Counted from the first letter of the stretch, positions 11,470 to 25,592 are shown. The stretch: 64,000 nt of DNA from Tubulanus polymorphus (GCF_964204645.1 NC_134032.1:7490275-7554274); one strand, 5' to 3'. Made by a program: numbers and translations. Notes: generated by a model not told the origin, from the sequence alone.

Positions 11470-11900
11470 CTTAAGTTCATAGAACATGTCAGCACCTACG
11501 ATTTTGTAATTGATTGTGATAACAAATATGCCATGTTACCAATCTAATATGGAATACAAAGTAATTCTACTATTCAATGACCCCTGGTGACCATATGCAA
11601 AACCCAATGACCTTGAAACTCACCACAATAATAGAACATGTCATAACCTACAACTTTGCAATTGATCATGGTAACAAAATATGCCTAGGTACCAATCTAA
11701 TCAGGAAATACTAAGTTATTCTACTATTCAACGCCCCCTGGTGACCATATAGAATAACTAATATCCTTAAATGTCACCACAATCATAGACAATGTCATGT
11801 GCTACAACTTTGTAATTGATTGTGGTAACAAAATATGCTTAAGTATCAAAATAATGTGGAAAAACTTTTTCCCACCTAGTACTGATGATACCAAGATGGC
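11470..11900 (-). repeat. Tandem ~150-bp core repeats, reverse-complement relatives of the element at 27138-28490
   Basis: ATTCTACTATTCAA..CCCCTGGTGACCATAT units match 27700-28420 in the opposite orientation. Confidence 0.75.
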
Positions 11901-13466
11901 CGGCAATTATGTCATAATTGGCCGATCAAAATACCGGTAGCCATCTCATATCACCTTCAATCGATAACAAAGATGTAAGTTTGTCGTGAAACATCTATTA
12001 CTATTGTCTCGCAGAGCATAGACACCGACCGTTAAGCCATGTGGAATTGGTATTTTAAGGGCTATTCGGATTACTACAAAACAAGTCTCTGATAAATTTT
12101 TAAAAACTTCATATCAAGGGTATATCGTAGGACTCTTGATGCTCGTGAATTATCATCCCATAATAACAATGAATCCAATTCTGCATGTGCACTAGCACGA
12201 CTGATTACTGATCCAAATATTTTAAACATGACCTTAGAAAAAAACAATTACACAAAACATCAAGTACTTACAGCATCTGAGACGCTTAATTTGAAACGTA
12301 CACTTGCACACTGTGGTTTAAATATATTCCCACCAGCTGCAAGAATCGGCAAAGGAATTGAAGACCGTAGTGACCAGTTCATTCCATGATTAATATCTGG
12401 AAAGAAAGTAATCGAAATAAATACTCGTATACAAGTGTAAACCAGTCCCTTACTAACTACTAAGGCTTTCCAATGGCTCTACACACTACATTGAGGGCCT
12501 AAATCTATTCTAGGTGTATCCCCCAAAAGGCAAGTAGTAGGTAGCCAACAATGATCATTGCTTTGCCGAGTACTCATTTGCTATCATATGTACTCATATC
12601 ATAGTACCACCCAGTGGAAAGGTAACCTTAACTGCAGTTAGACCAAGAAATCATGTCTAACATTCCCTGGTTAGTGGATTCTCACCTTAAATTGCAGTTT
12701 GCTGACATGATTTTTAAACTCTGCTGTCGTTGTCATCGATCCGAGTCGTCAAGTGAACGGAGAACGCGGAAGTAAAATTCCATGGGAAAATCCCTACCAT
12801 TCCTGTCCATATTACGTTGATTTGAGCCAGAAATCCTCAGGAAATGTAGCCAACGTAAATTGATTTACTAATAGAATTAATCAATTGACTCATTTTAGGG
12901 ATCACAGTTCATTTAAGTCCTAAAACTTGCCGTAAATTTGCGATAAATTTAAGCTGAAAATGATTTCAACCATCCGCCATGTTGGCTGCATATTGTCCGC
13001 AGTAAATGACGGATCCGGACTAATTGTAGTCTGAATTCGCGATTAACGGTTGAGTTTGACGCTCGAGGTCGTCCGGTAATTTTTTAGGCTTTTCGGGATG
13101 TACTTTTACCAATGGATTTCAATGCTTTGCGTTATTCTTGTCGCTGTTTAGACCCGGTAATTACACGGGATTAGCCTAATTCATAATACTATACGCAAAT
13201 TCGAAATGGTCAGGCACTGAGTTATATTTCTGACAGAAATGATAATTACGTTTATAAGCTGTTAGTGGTCGAATCTGAGAGGAGTTACATTCTATGAAAA
13301 GATTTTGGCGGGAAAGTGGAAAATTTATAATAATAATAATAATAATCAACAGAATTACAAGGGGTTTCTGCGAAAGCAGCAGAAACCCTAAATATTGGTA
13401 AATTCGTGAGCAAGTTTGTGACTTATTTTCATATTCCCACAAGGCTTTTGTAGGCCCTACTGATAC

Positions 13467-14372
13467 CATCCTCGTTTGCCATAGTTTAATTGCCGCCCGC
13501 TGAAGCTCACGCCAACACGAACCCTTTATTGGTCTATTACATCAACCACAAATTCTTGGGCGGACAGGTGAACGCTCAGCGCCCCCCGTCTATATATCTA
13601 GCCAGGGCCGTCGGAACAGGGGCGGCAGGGGCGGCCCGCGCCGCCCCATTTTTTTGCTTAACAAAATTTTTTTCAAAAGCACGCTGTCGTCGTTCTCTGT
13701 ACTAGGTGGTTGGCTCACGACTTCTCGTGCTTCTGTGAATGAGACCGTGAAATGGCCCCTCAACGCATCTCCGGCGATTGAATTTTCAAAATTTTTCCAG
13801 GGGATGGCCCCTAGACCACCCTTCAGAAATAAGCCTCGTGACTTATTCCTTCCGACCGACCGCTCTGCTAGCCAATCAGATGCATTATTTTTACCGCAAG
13901 TTTGCTTGATAAATACCGCGCATCTGATTGGCTAGATATATAAACTGATGGGCGCTGAGCGGGCACCTGTCCACCCAAGAAATCGTGGGCGATGACCAAT
14001 GAAGGGTCATCTTCACCCGTCAAGGGATTCGAACCCACTACGCTGAAGCTGTTCCCCGAACCCCGCCTTGACCTCACGAGTCGTTGGAGTCGTTACTAGC
14101 CGACCAGAATCCGGTCGTACCAATCACAGCGCTTGTAACAAACCCTCAGTAGACTTCTGTTGGTTTTCCCGTTAAATCAACCAATCAGCGAACGTTTTAC
14201 CGAACAAGGAAGTATTTCGCCAATCGATATATGACGTCACGCGCAACAGCACCAATAATGAAATCACGCTTCGTGAGGCCAGGGGGCTGGTGGAAGCGAG
14301 TTCGGGAGTAATACCGGACCCCTGGCAAGCGAGGATGATGAAGGGTTTGTGTTGGCGTGAGCTTCAGCGGGC
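13467..14372. mobile_element. Cluster of tRNA-derived SINE-like copies in opposite orientations, with a small CAG-terminated MITE (13603-13866)
   Basis: B-box GGTTCGAATCCC on the minus strand at ~14024-14035; 13520-13602 is inversely matched by 13930-14007; GCTGAAGCTCACGCCAACAC is inversely repeated at ~14348-14372; a related copy lies at ~23800-23950. Confidence 0.55.
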
Positions 14373-17149
14373 GTAGACTGGTCGCCTGTCCAATTCTGTT
14401 ACGCCCCAAGTGAGAATACAACCCAAGTTGAAATATAGTTGCATCTAAAATCCGAACTCCGCTACGACTGAAACGCTGATGTGTTAGTTAATTAGATGGC
14501 GCCAGCTACCGGTGCAAAAATAGTCGAGGCTCGAATTTATCCTTTTTTCACCAGGTTTTTGAACTGATCAAAACAGTAAGCTCATATCGATATGAAATCT
14601 TTAATTAACTAAAATTCACACCATTCATTCTATATTTAAACTTGACATGGAGTGTCTGATTTTTGGGCATTCCATATCACTTTCCGAGTAGGCATATTAT
14701 AGTGTTCCTGGACCCCTTTTAAAATGTACTCTGAAAAAAGAATATTCTCTATTTTGTTATGTCATTGAAGATTCTCTTCTATGGTTGTGCCAACGCAACT
14801 TCTTCTAATTTTGATTCCATGTGTGAATTTGTATAATTGATTTGCATTTGCAGGTATGAACTTGTATTGAATATTCAAACATTTTTGTCCATTTGAGGAT
14901 TATGAGTGTCCATAGATGGAATCAGGTTTCTTTTTAACGTTTTCATTACACTTTGATGTGTTGTCTTGATGCCTTTCCTAGGGGCATCGTATAATTTTTA
15001 TGGACTTTTGCTTTACTGAAGTCCATTTTTGCTCATGTATGACACGTGCCTCCATTGGTACAAAATAACTTGCGAAAGAAGCTTAGTTTCTCATCTGAAC
15101 TTTCAAAATGTTCAATATTGTAATAATCTCTAACCCTCCTGCACCACCCTCCTGTAAGGTTTGTTAGAACTCTACAGCCGGTAAGTCTTAATAAATCTTC
15201 TTGAAAGTTTGTGTATGAGTTGGAACAGGTAAGAGGTGATATTGAAAATGGTGATCTATCAGCTAGATGATATGTCCAACATGACAGCCATGTCTGCCAT
15301 CTTGAATTTTTCATTGGCACCATACAGCCTGCCAACCTATATTGATTTCCTTGACCCTGGTGTATTAGCAGGTAAGAGGTCTACCCCTATTAAAATTGGT
15401 GACCACCAATTGTCTAATATTGCTGCTATATTATCCAATGTATGATTTTCTTCATTTTCAATAATCATTAGCACTGTCACATGTTATATACCTATAGAAA
15501 TCTGTGACTAATGAGTATACTCTACACCAGGGGAGTTGAAAATTTGAATACACTACTACGTATTAGTCAATTTATATGAAAACCATGTTATGTATTGATA
15601 ATGATGTTAAATGGCCATTTGTCTACAAAGTATATATTGATTCCCCTATGTAGATTCAGTTATTTTCGATTTGAGGAATTTCTATCAACCTCAGGTACAT
15701 GTATATCGTACATAGTTTAAAATGACCCTTGTGTAAAAGATTAATTTTGTGCTGTAATTATCAAAAGTGTCGGAATATTCATTATTGCCATACCACGTAA
15801 CAACCATTGTGGGAATAGATTATTTCTGTTGCATGGCATGTTGTCTCTACTAAGAGTCCTCCATGGTTGTACATCAGGGGACCAGTCAAAAAATGAAAAA
15901 ATAGTTGAGAAAAAAATGTTTCGGTTCTCCATCGTAGGTTTGACACATATGTATTAATGTTGTAGTCATCGAGAATTAATCATATCTCTACAGATTTTGT
16001 GCATATTTACATGTCAATAAAGATATTTTCAAATAAGACCATAGCGTTGTGTTTCCATTGCTGAAAAGGAATAGGATCGATTCGATGCAGCATACTTGAT
16101 TCCTTATACGACTAGGGCCTACATATGTTAAATTCCCCGACATCAATTTCCGAAGTTCACGTTATCGTATTGGGTTTTAGTTCAACATTTTAGTTGAGTA
16201 GTTTATGCATCTATAGTTTTGACTGGAAGACAACACCGTTGGGCAAATATCTCAAATATATAGAAGGAAAAATATCGAATTGTGGTCGGCCCAGACTGCA
16301 GATCGATTCCTATGTACTGCCAAGGCTTCTAATGCAATATCTCGAGGCCCCCACATCGCTGCTGCAGACCAGATCTTTGATGCAGAGCCCAAGATATGAA
16401 TGACCTGTTCAGCTCTACAAATACATTTTCTGGCATTCTATCATATCATTTAATGATAATTACTGAAGTAAAGTACTCGACGTAAGCCCCAATACGAAAT
16501 ATTTTGAAGCATGAATTTATTTTTATTGTTTCAATCATAATATTACATGTAATGCATTCACATCGTGATATTACTTAGCCTAAATGTTTAGAATAGTTAT
16601 TAAGATGAGCGCAACATACATAGCATCAAAATTTAAAAATTCAGCCATCCATTAAACATATTGACTCGTTTTTTAGTGGGGTAACTAAAACACATTTTAA
16701 AAAATAATTTCCAGTGCCGAATCTGTAAGGAGAGATGAAGTGGGGTTTCTTCCGACTTCCTGAGCTATGAATAACTAGTTTTAAAATTTAAAAGTGATTT
16801 CGACGGTTTATCCGAAGTTTAAAAGCCTTGCGTAAGTTGGATCTTTTGGGACCAAGACAAATCTTTCGACTTCGAAAAATTCCGATTTCCAGCCGTTTCC
16901 AAAAACTATACGACTTCCAATTAATTTCTGTAAACGGAAAAATTTAATCCATATCTACAAGAATGATTAAAAACACTGAAATATTTCGGGTTCAATTTTT
17001 CCAATATACTCTCACAACTAGAATAACGACTGTTGACATGTATCATCGATTTACAGCCAGAAAAAAAGGGTCGGAACAGAAAAGAGAAAATTCTGGACCA
17101 TCAGTATTCATGTGATATAAATGTGATCGTGATATAAGCGAGTATCCGA

Positions 17150-18560
17150 CTACGTAAATTCCTTGTTTCTGAGTTGAAATCATCGCCCTTTTATTTCCGC
17201 AAGTGACTTTTTAGGTATTTTCCGAGTTTCTGAGCTGAATTCATCGCCCTTTTAATTTCGCAAGTGACTTTTTAGGTAAATTCCAAGTTTCTGACCTGAA
17301 ATCATCGCCCTTTTAATTCCGCAAACGACTTTTTAGGTAAATTCCGAGTTTCTGAGCCGAAATCATCGCCCTTTTAATTTCGCAAGTGACTTTTAGGTAA
17401 ATTCCGAGTTTCTGAGCCGAAATTATCGCCCTTTTAATTTCGCAAGTGATTCTGTAGGTAAATTCCGAGTTTCTGAGCTGAAATGATCGCTCTTTTAATC
17501 TCGGAAGAGACTTTTTATGTATTTTCCGAGTTTTTGAGCCGAAATCATCGCCCTTTTAATTTCGCAAGCGATTTTGTAGGTTAATTTCGAGTTTCTGAGC
17601 TGAAATGATCGCTCTTTTAATCTCGGAAGTGACTTTGTAGCTAAATTCCGAGTTTCTGACCTGAAATCATCGCCCTTTTAATTTCGCAAGTGACTTTTTA
17701 GGTATTTTCCGAGTTTTTGAGCTGAAATCATCGCCCTTTTAATTTCGCAAGTGACTTTTTACGTAAATTCCGAGTTTCTGACCTGAAATCATCGCCTTTT
17801 TAATTCCGCAAACGACTTTTTAGGTAAATTCCGAGTTTCTGAGCCGAAATCATCGCCCTTTTAATTTCGCAAGCGACTTTTAGGTAAATTCCGAGTTTCT
17901 GAGCCGAAATTATCGCCCATTTAATTTCGCAAGTGATTCTGTAGGTAAATTCCGAGTTTCTGAGCTGAAATGATCGCTCTTTTAATCTCGGAAGAGACTT
18001 TTTATGTATTTTCCGAGTTTTTGAGCCGAAATCATCGCCCTTTTAATTTCGCAAGCGATCTTGTAGGTAAATTCCGAGTTTCTGAGCCGAAATCATCGCC
18101 CTTTTAATTTCGCAAGCGACTTTTTAGGTAAATTCCTAGTTTCTGAGCCGAAATGATCGCCCTTTTAATTTCGCAAGTGACTTTTAGGTAAATTCCGAGT
18201 TACTGAGCCGAAATCATCGCCCTTTTAATTTCGCAGTGACAACCGGGATCACACACAACTCACCAGAACAACAATGGATTCTTTTCAAGAGAGCGATGTC
18301 ACAACGCTACATTTCTGAAGTGAAATCATCGCATTTCACAAGTGATTTAGGTAAATTCTGAGTTTCTGAGCTGAAATCATCTTTTTTTAATTTCGCAACT
18401 GACTTTTTGAATAAATTCCGAGTTACTGTGAGCTGAAATCATTGCCCTTTTAATTTTAATTAAGTGATTTTGTTAGGTACATTCTGAGTTTCTGAGTTAA
18501 TCATCGCCCTTTTTTCACGAGTGTTTGTGTAAATTTAGAGTCTCTGAGCTGGACATCACT
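17150..18560 (+). repeat. ~61-bp tandem satellite (TTCCGAGTTTCTGAGCCGAAATCATCGCCCTTTTAATTTCGCAAGTGACTTTTTAGGTAAA)
   Basis: About 18 well-conserved units to 18240, a ~70-bp interruption, then decayed units. Confidence 0.97.
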
Positions 18561-19397
18561 AGTTTAATTTCACATTAAGGGATTATTGGTAACTTTCGAC
18601 TCGAGATCTAGAATCATTATAGTTAGTGAGTTCGAGGTTTATACCGTTTGTGAGCTAGGAATGATTACATTTTAACAAAAGGGAGTCGCTTGACGAAACT
18701 AAGACTAGGAATCAACTATCTTAGATTTCAAAAGTTATCTTGATCGCCATCGTACGCCAAAATCTTTCCTCGTTTTATTCCGAGTGAAATAGGAATAAAT
18801 TCCGCTATTGCTATTTTCGGTATGATTCCAAGTCTGTGAGCTATTCAACTTAGGGAAAGTTGGACTTAAATGCCAATTCTAGGAAATTATCTGACCGCTG
18901 ATTATTGTCCCCGAAATGTTTGTATGATCGTCGAATTTATTCATCACATCGGCATACCAAGGACTGCAGTTGTCACCTTGTTGTGTTTTAATATGCAGTT
19001 GAGGTTCGGTCCATATTTACCGTCTGGATTATTTAGAAGAACGGTTTTATGATAAGCCAATAAGGAACTTCATGGTACAGGCTTACTAACGAGGATATCA
19101 TCCACCCTCTAAGCAGTCTTTACTACGTGATACTAAACTATAAATACGTACTACTAATACCGGTACCATTCTATTCTCAGAAGATTGATTTTTCAAAATC
19201 CCAATCACATCATAACTGGGAGATATAAATTGCATTAATTCCAACGAACGAATTGGCGGTTGCGGGGCCACCCAGCGTAGCAAAAATTCAAAAAACAATC
19301 GGATCCACCATCTCGTAATGAATGATTTGGCTTCCGTTTATATAATTTCTTAAGCTTCTACTTCATATGAATTATTTTTCTTCTTTTCCTGGAGAGA

Positions 19398-19448
19398 ACG
19401 ATGATTTGTTTGCGGGCCGCCGTAGGCGGCCCGCAAACAAATCATCGT
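19398..19448. repeat. Perfect 24-bp inverted repeat with a GTA triloop
   Basis: ACGATGATTTGTTTGCGGGCCGCC-GTA-GGCGGCCCGCAAACAAATCATCGT. Confidence 0.95.
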
Positions 19449-22355
19449 GCCACCTTTGAAATCTTCAATTTATAATAGTTTGAATACGGGGTGATTGCCA
19501 CTTGGGTTTTGACATCTCTGCGCCACCTGCATTCGCAGTCAGAATAGGACAGGTTTAACCCGTCCGCCATCTTCCGCGGAATATACGGATCCAATCAAAT
19601 TTCAGTATTTCATCACGTCAACAATGTAACATGGCCGCCTCCAGAGTGTCTCAATTTACGTTCCATGGACCGCTTTAAAGCCGATTTTTACACCAATGAA
19701 GAAAGAAACTCGACCAAAACTATCAGGTAACGCTTCTCCGGGCACCTGTACTGCGTGTGGCTTTGAAAATATCGATATACAATTCAAGATGTCTCCGTTA
19801 CAGCACCGTCAAAATCTACCCTGCTCGAAGAAACGGTTGTTAATCGACAACAACAACAACGAACTTGAGATGGATAAACCAATCTCTACTGACTGACGTA
19901 CTGAACTGAACCAGCTATGCAGCAGAGGCCACGACACCGGCAATTTGTCTGTTCACTTAAGATGATTGATTGATTATTCTGAATGTGACACTGGACATTA
20001 GCAGTCAATTTCAGTGTGGTGATAATAACGACAGGTTTCTACTTCACTTCAATGACAATGTCTTTTAAAACTTGTGAACAGTAAATGAATACTTATTTTG
20101 TTCATTGTCTATTTGTAGGTCATTGTGTGTGTTCTGATGTTGATTTACTGAGATACAACTCAGAATTTCTTAAGAATTTAGAAGTTATACGTATTAAATT
20201 GAATGAGCTCAACATGCACAGAATGAATTGTTGTTGATGGTCAGTTTGAAAAACGGATGAAACATGAATTGAAAAGTCAATCCAGGTTTAATTGTTGGTG
20301 ATATGTATTAATTTCAGAAAGTAACGTCAATCACGAATCAAAGAGATTAACGAATCCAGCACTAATCGTCATGAAATTAGATTCCAAATAACGATGAAAC
20401 TCCTTGATTCTGAAACAGTGATGAGGTTTAAAGAGCTGGAATCTATGAATAACTACACGAGCAAGCATGGATTTAGGCCTACTGTCTTGGTCAAGACTTG
20501 GTCTTTGAGATTCGAGTTAAGTTAGAGATATCAGTGTCATTCTGTTGTCACACAATTTGCAATGTCACAAAATACGTATCGTCTTGTCAGGCTGTCTCTA
20601 TATTGAATAAGATTTTGTACTAGAAAGTGGACAATGAATATAGAATGGGAGTAAAAAGAGTTTTTCTTGATGGATTTTATACTTAATTTCTAGCAAAAAT
20701 CATGTTGGTCCATGAGGAGAGGAAAATATTGCGAATATCCAGATGATCTGAATTATTGGTCTTACCCAACTCACTGTCTGTATCGAGAATATAAGTGGAG
20801 ATGCTGCGGTGGAATCAAATATCTGATCTCACAAAACACCGACAAGGAGTTCAACTATTTCCAAACTTTATTCACACTTTTGTGATTTCCACATCATCAT
20901 AAACACAACAATTCACTGAATATATTTCACATACGGTTGAAAAAGAAAGCATGTCCCCTTCGGCCAAGTTCCCTCAGAATGTCTATCACAGCTGATCCCT
21001 TGTTCTTACCTACAAAATGAATAAGTATCAATTCAGTTGTCTGTTTGAATTCCTAGTAAATATCAGCGGATTATTTCGATACTTACAGCAATTAATGCCT
21101 TTTCTTCGGTCTTAAATTTCCTTTTGTTTGCTCTTTACATTTATGATTCATAGATAATCAGCTGATTTACTGTAATCAATCATTCTAGTGCGATTTTGAT
21201 ATTACTCCTAGTTTCGCTTATTCGATGAGACGCCATTTTAACCTGGAAGTAACTCGATACTGACATGTTTGACATGCATCGAAAATGTAAAATGGAGGAT
21301 GGGATCAACCGGTCTCTAACTGATGGTAGAGACCGGCAACCAGTCTACAGTGAGCGGCAATCTAACACTGGCAAGCGAGGATGCGCCCATACATGTACAC
21401 AGACAGCTTGCGTAGTTTGAGTATTTCTTTAAAAACATTCTTGGGTCTTGTTTCTAGTTGTTATAAGTGAAGCCGGCCCGAAACTCGATTAGGAACATTT
21501 TAAAAAGCGAGGCAGAAGGCCTAATTTTCTTGGCAGGGTTATGAACAAGTCGTCAAATCAATCCTTTCCATAATCTTATTTGATTATAGATTTAACGTGA
21601 CGTGCAAATTATGATTAGGAAAATCAAATCTGATTTGACAAGATAAATTCGTTTTAAAATTCAAGCGCACAGCTGCTCGCTACGGAGTGAGAGTCTTATA
21701 GTGATCTACAGTGCTGCACAGGGTTTTTATATATAGTCCTGACCTGACGAGGACGGCGCGGAATACTCGACGCGCGTCTGGAATTGGTAGGACTGGCGGC
21801 GCTGCTTCTGCACTGTCAAAAACGGCCTTCAAAACAAAACAACGGCTCCATAAGAACCCTGACTGAATAAAAACCCTGAATTGATTTTCGTGGCCACTTT
21901 TAGAGCGATGTACGATTAGGAAGACGACAGTAGACCTTTGAACTTTGAACTTTACTTCATTCCTATTGCTCCGAATACTTAACTTACCCGGTACTTACGT
22001 TTTACGGTTTAAAAAGGCCAACAAACATTATAAATCTTAAATCTTATTCTTAGAAAGTAGGCCTATGAAATACATACAATGAAAATGAAGTAGACCGTTA
22101 TTTTTTATCCGGTTACGCTCTTATAAAAGATATTTTGCTGGATCCATAGGCCCTATTTATTATATAGCCTAATAATGACAATGTCAATAAAATCATTTTA
22201 TTAGGTTTAGTGTTAGGGTTTCGATGATAGGGTTAGTGTCAAGAGGTTGAGAAGAGGGTCCAGAGGGTGGGTTCCGTTTCACAACTAGGGATAGGGTTAG
22301 GGTAAGGTGAGGCTAGCCTATATGTAGTTAAAACATTCGGGTGTTGTTTTCAGTG

Positions 22356-22425
22356 AGCTCGGTGGTCTGGTGGGATGATGCTGCGCTAGTAATTTACTGG
22401 AGCGGGTTCGAGTCTCGCTCTATAC
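22356..22425 (+). mobile_element. tRNA-derived SINE head / tRNA-like pseudogene
   Basis: A-box TGGTCTGGTGG and B-box GGTTCGAGTCT at tRNA spacing; no convincing cloverleaf. Confidence 0.5.
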
Positions 22426-22707
22426 GCTCTATTTTCTCAAACTCTGTTCTCCACATTTCCTTTGAATTTTCTAAGTCGCACACCTCTTAGCGCACGCGCG
22501 GAGTAAATCAGCCAATTAGAGACGATATCCGGCAAAACATCCTTCAGAAGTCGGTGACCGGACCCGGCTAAATAACCACAGCCTAAAATATAAACATCAA
22601 TACAGGACGGTAGGCTACATGAAATATAAACTTTGCCCATTCCCCCCACAGCTGGGACTTGAACCCGATGGCACCGCACGACTGCACATTAAAGCAGTAT
22701 GCCACGC

Positions 22708-23326
22708 CACAGGTACTTGAATATGGGCTTTGATAATGGATAAATATTTGATAATTTACCAGCGATACGTTAATCCTACTTTAATAGATCCGCCATGTTT
22801 TATAATAAATTTACCCATGATGCAATGCGCGCCGGTCGTTTAGCTATACTATACAGAAAGGCTGGAAACGATCCTATCTCCGTAATGCTTAAATCTACCC
22901 GCAGTTATCGGGACAGCCGAACACTGCCGATGATTGCCGAAGTACGTCCTTAGTGTCAATTTTAATCCTGAAATATAGGAGCGCCCATAATTTCAATTGT
23001 AGATGATTTTTTGGATGGAAACATTGACACTGTTTTAGCTCCATTAAAGATTTTAAATGGCAACAAAATTGATTTTTGAAAATTCGCGATGCCTCTTCGG
23101 GATTGCTGTGACGTCATCTGTCCCGATAACTGCGGGTAGATTTAAGCATTACGGAGATAGGATCGTTTCCAGCCTTTCTGTATAGTATAGCTAAACGACC
23201 GGCGCGCGTTGCATCATGGGTAAATTTATTATAAAACATGGCGGATCTATTAAAGTAGGATTAACGTATCGCTGGTAAATTATCAAATATTTATCCATTA
23301 TCAAAGCCCATATTCAAGTGCCTGTG
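22708..23326. mobile_element. Non-autonomous DNA transposon with ~210-bp TIRs, P-element-like
   Basis: Near-perfect TIRs 22708-22916 / 23118-23326, termini CACAG..CTGTG, 7-bp TSD GCCACGC (22701-22707, 23327-23333). Confidence 0.85.
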
Positions 23327-24432
23327 GCCACGCACGGTGCCAATGGATCTGCCGAGACCCTGATCTAGACACGCGTGGGTCAGATCAGTTTTTATCCTCC
23401 CCCCCCAAAAAAAGTTTTCGGAAAGTAGAGTTACGGAATGCCTCGGTGTTGCCGTTGGTGGCATTTTTGCGGCACGTTTGCCATATTTTATACTAACTGG
23501 CTCCTTACAGGGTAATCTGCACTGTATCTACGTACGGGCATGCGTGAAAGAATGGGGTTAGGGTAAGGTGAGGCTATATAGTAGGAGGCCTAGTGTGCTG
23601 TGGCTCAGTGGGTAAACCACTCTACTATTTTTACGTTTGGTTTTGAATCCCAATATTGCAATTCAGAATTCTACTGTATTGCGCATGTGCTAACTGTAGG
23701 CCTACTCCATAACCGAAGCTATCGCACTCCATTCACAGACTAAGTAACCTAGATTGCCCAATAAAAGAGGACAGAAATGTCAATGAATCATTGGATTGCC
23801 CGCATCCTCGTTTTAAAGGGTTTGATTGCCTCCTACTGATGCTCTGAAGCTCATGCCAATGCAAACCCTGTTCGCAGAACTTTCATCAGTCTATTGACAC
23901 TGCCCAAGATTTCTTGTCAGGCAGACAGGTATATATATCCTATCTACTAGCCTAATGGGTAAAAAGTGCCGAGCCGCACCTCTCGCAAATTATGTCTATT
24001 TTTGTTTGACATCTCCATACATGGTGTCATACATTGCGAGTTAGAGAGAAGACCAGGTTTGCAAGATGAGAGAGAAGAGAGAACACGATGGGTTATTTAT
24101 AGGACTACAATACTGCTTTATTTCGGTCACACACAGGCTAATCACCTGTACCAGGACTGCACATGTGCATGCTCATATATGATTATTTGAAACCGAGACT
24201 AGGGGGAGTAAAGATCTAGGCTATTGGGTAATTGACATCAACTAAACATAAACATTCTGCTCCCAACAGGATTTAGGAAAACTGGACCATCGTTATTGCC
24301 ATTGGACCATTTTTCCATAGCCAGGCCTGCGTATTTGAGTGATTCTTTTCCAAATTTCTAAACTGTTGAATATATTTCATAGTTTGCCGCACCATCAGTA
24401 CCAGCCACAGCAGCAGCAGATTAGTGTACAGT

Positions 24433-24481
24433 ATGACTGACTGGTATGATTACTCGAACTCAAGTTCAGCATATTTTGTTG
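24433..24481 (+). CDS. Putative first coding exon of the matrin-type zinc-finger gene (MTDWYDYSNSSSAYFV)
   Basis: ATG, open frame, and a phase-1 donor GTATGT compatible with the next exon; an alternative phase-1 candidate exists at 19696-19726. Confidence 0.5.
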
Positions 24482-25106
24482 GTATGTCTTCTTACTGGAT
24501 CCAGTTCCACAGTTATGGGTTAGAGTTGACAATAACCTGAGATGGAATTGAGTTCATTCTCAATGAGTTAACTGTTGAGTCAAATCTTAACTCACAACTG
24601 AGGAACTGCATTCAGTTCCAATTGTTAGTTAGAGTTATAAGTTAACTTTCGAGTCTTATAATTACTCATGTGTGTACTGTTCCACAGTTGTGAAATAGAT
24701 TTAATTCTAAATTCAGGATCAAGTTTTACAGTTGTGAGTAAGAGTTAGAATTTGATCATTTTCAAGCTTTGAGACAAATCTTAACTCACAGCTGTAGAAC
24801 TGGATCCTGAGGTAACTCATTGATAATGAACTGATGTATACTGTAGTTCTACGACGAAATTGATTCAGAGGTTAAGATTCGGATCTTAAATGTGGAACTA
24901 GATCCTACTGTCTGTCACACATGCTCTCCGTGTGATGTTTTTGTTAATAATCAGATGATGTACCTTAAGCCCATTAGGCCTACATGGACCGAGAAAAAAT
25001 GCCAATCGTCTCACAAACGTTTTTCTATTTTCTGGCTGCGAAAAATAGGCCTAAATCATTCATTTGAGAAATGAATCATTTGTATTTTTATCTCTTCCGT
25101 TTGTAG

Positions 25107-25592
25107 ATTACCATCACAACGCCGACGAGTCAGGGGCCGATTACGGTCGGGTTACGGAGTACTCATATGGGCCGTATGGGCAGAGGCGTAATCCGGGCGG
25201 AGCCGCGGCTGCTGGTGGAGGAGCAGGAGGCCGAGGGTACAGTCCAGACAATGCAGGAGGCTACGACGAATTCGGATGGAAGATAAACTCTGGTACGAGT
25301 TCGTCATCGAACGCGACTGGCAGTGGAGGTAAACGCGGGGCGGGCAGGTCATCTCGCGGTGGGGCCGGACAGAAACGAGTTTTCGGCACCGCGACGCCTG
25401 GCTTCACGAACTATCCGCAGCCGCCGGTGGCAAAAAAAAAGAAAATCATTACGAAACCGTCGAACTGTTCGATGTGCGATGTGATTCTCAATTCGCCGCA
25501 GCAAGCCGAACAGCATTACAACGGAAAAAATCACCTGAAAGCTCTGCGTAAACGAGGATTACCGATTACGCCTGAAAATACTCCCGGATTTA
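25107..25592 (+). CDS. ZNF385/ZMAT/ZNF346-like zinc-finger gene, exon 2 (Gly-rich region + finger 1)
   Basis: TTGTAG acceptor, GTGAGT donor, 486 nt phase 1-1; CSMCDVILNSPQQAEQHYNGKNH. Confidence 0.9.

Noticed and set aside
12070-12760. Exon-like segments with splice signals on the minus strand (similar cases at 6250-6970 + and 20760-21240 -)
   Set aside because: Stops in all consistent frames and no recognisable domain; no gene model can be supported.
22356-22425. Functional tRNA gene
   Set aside because: A and B boxes are present but the stems do not form a proper cloverleaf; treated as a SINE head.
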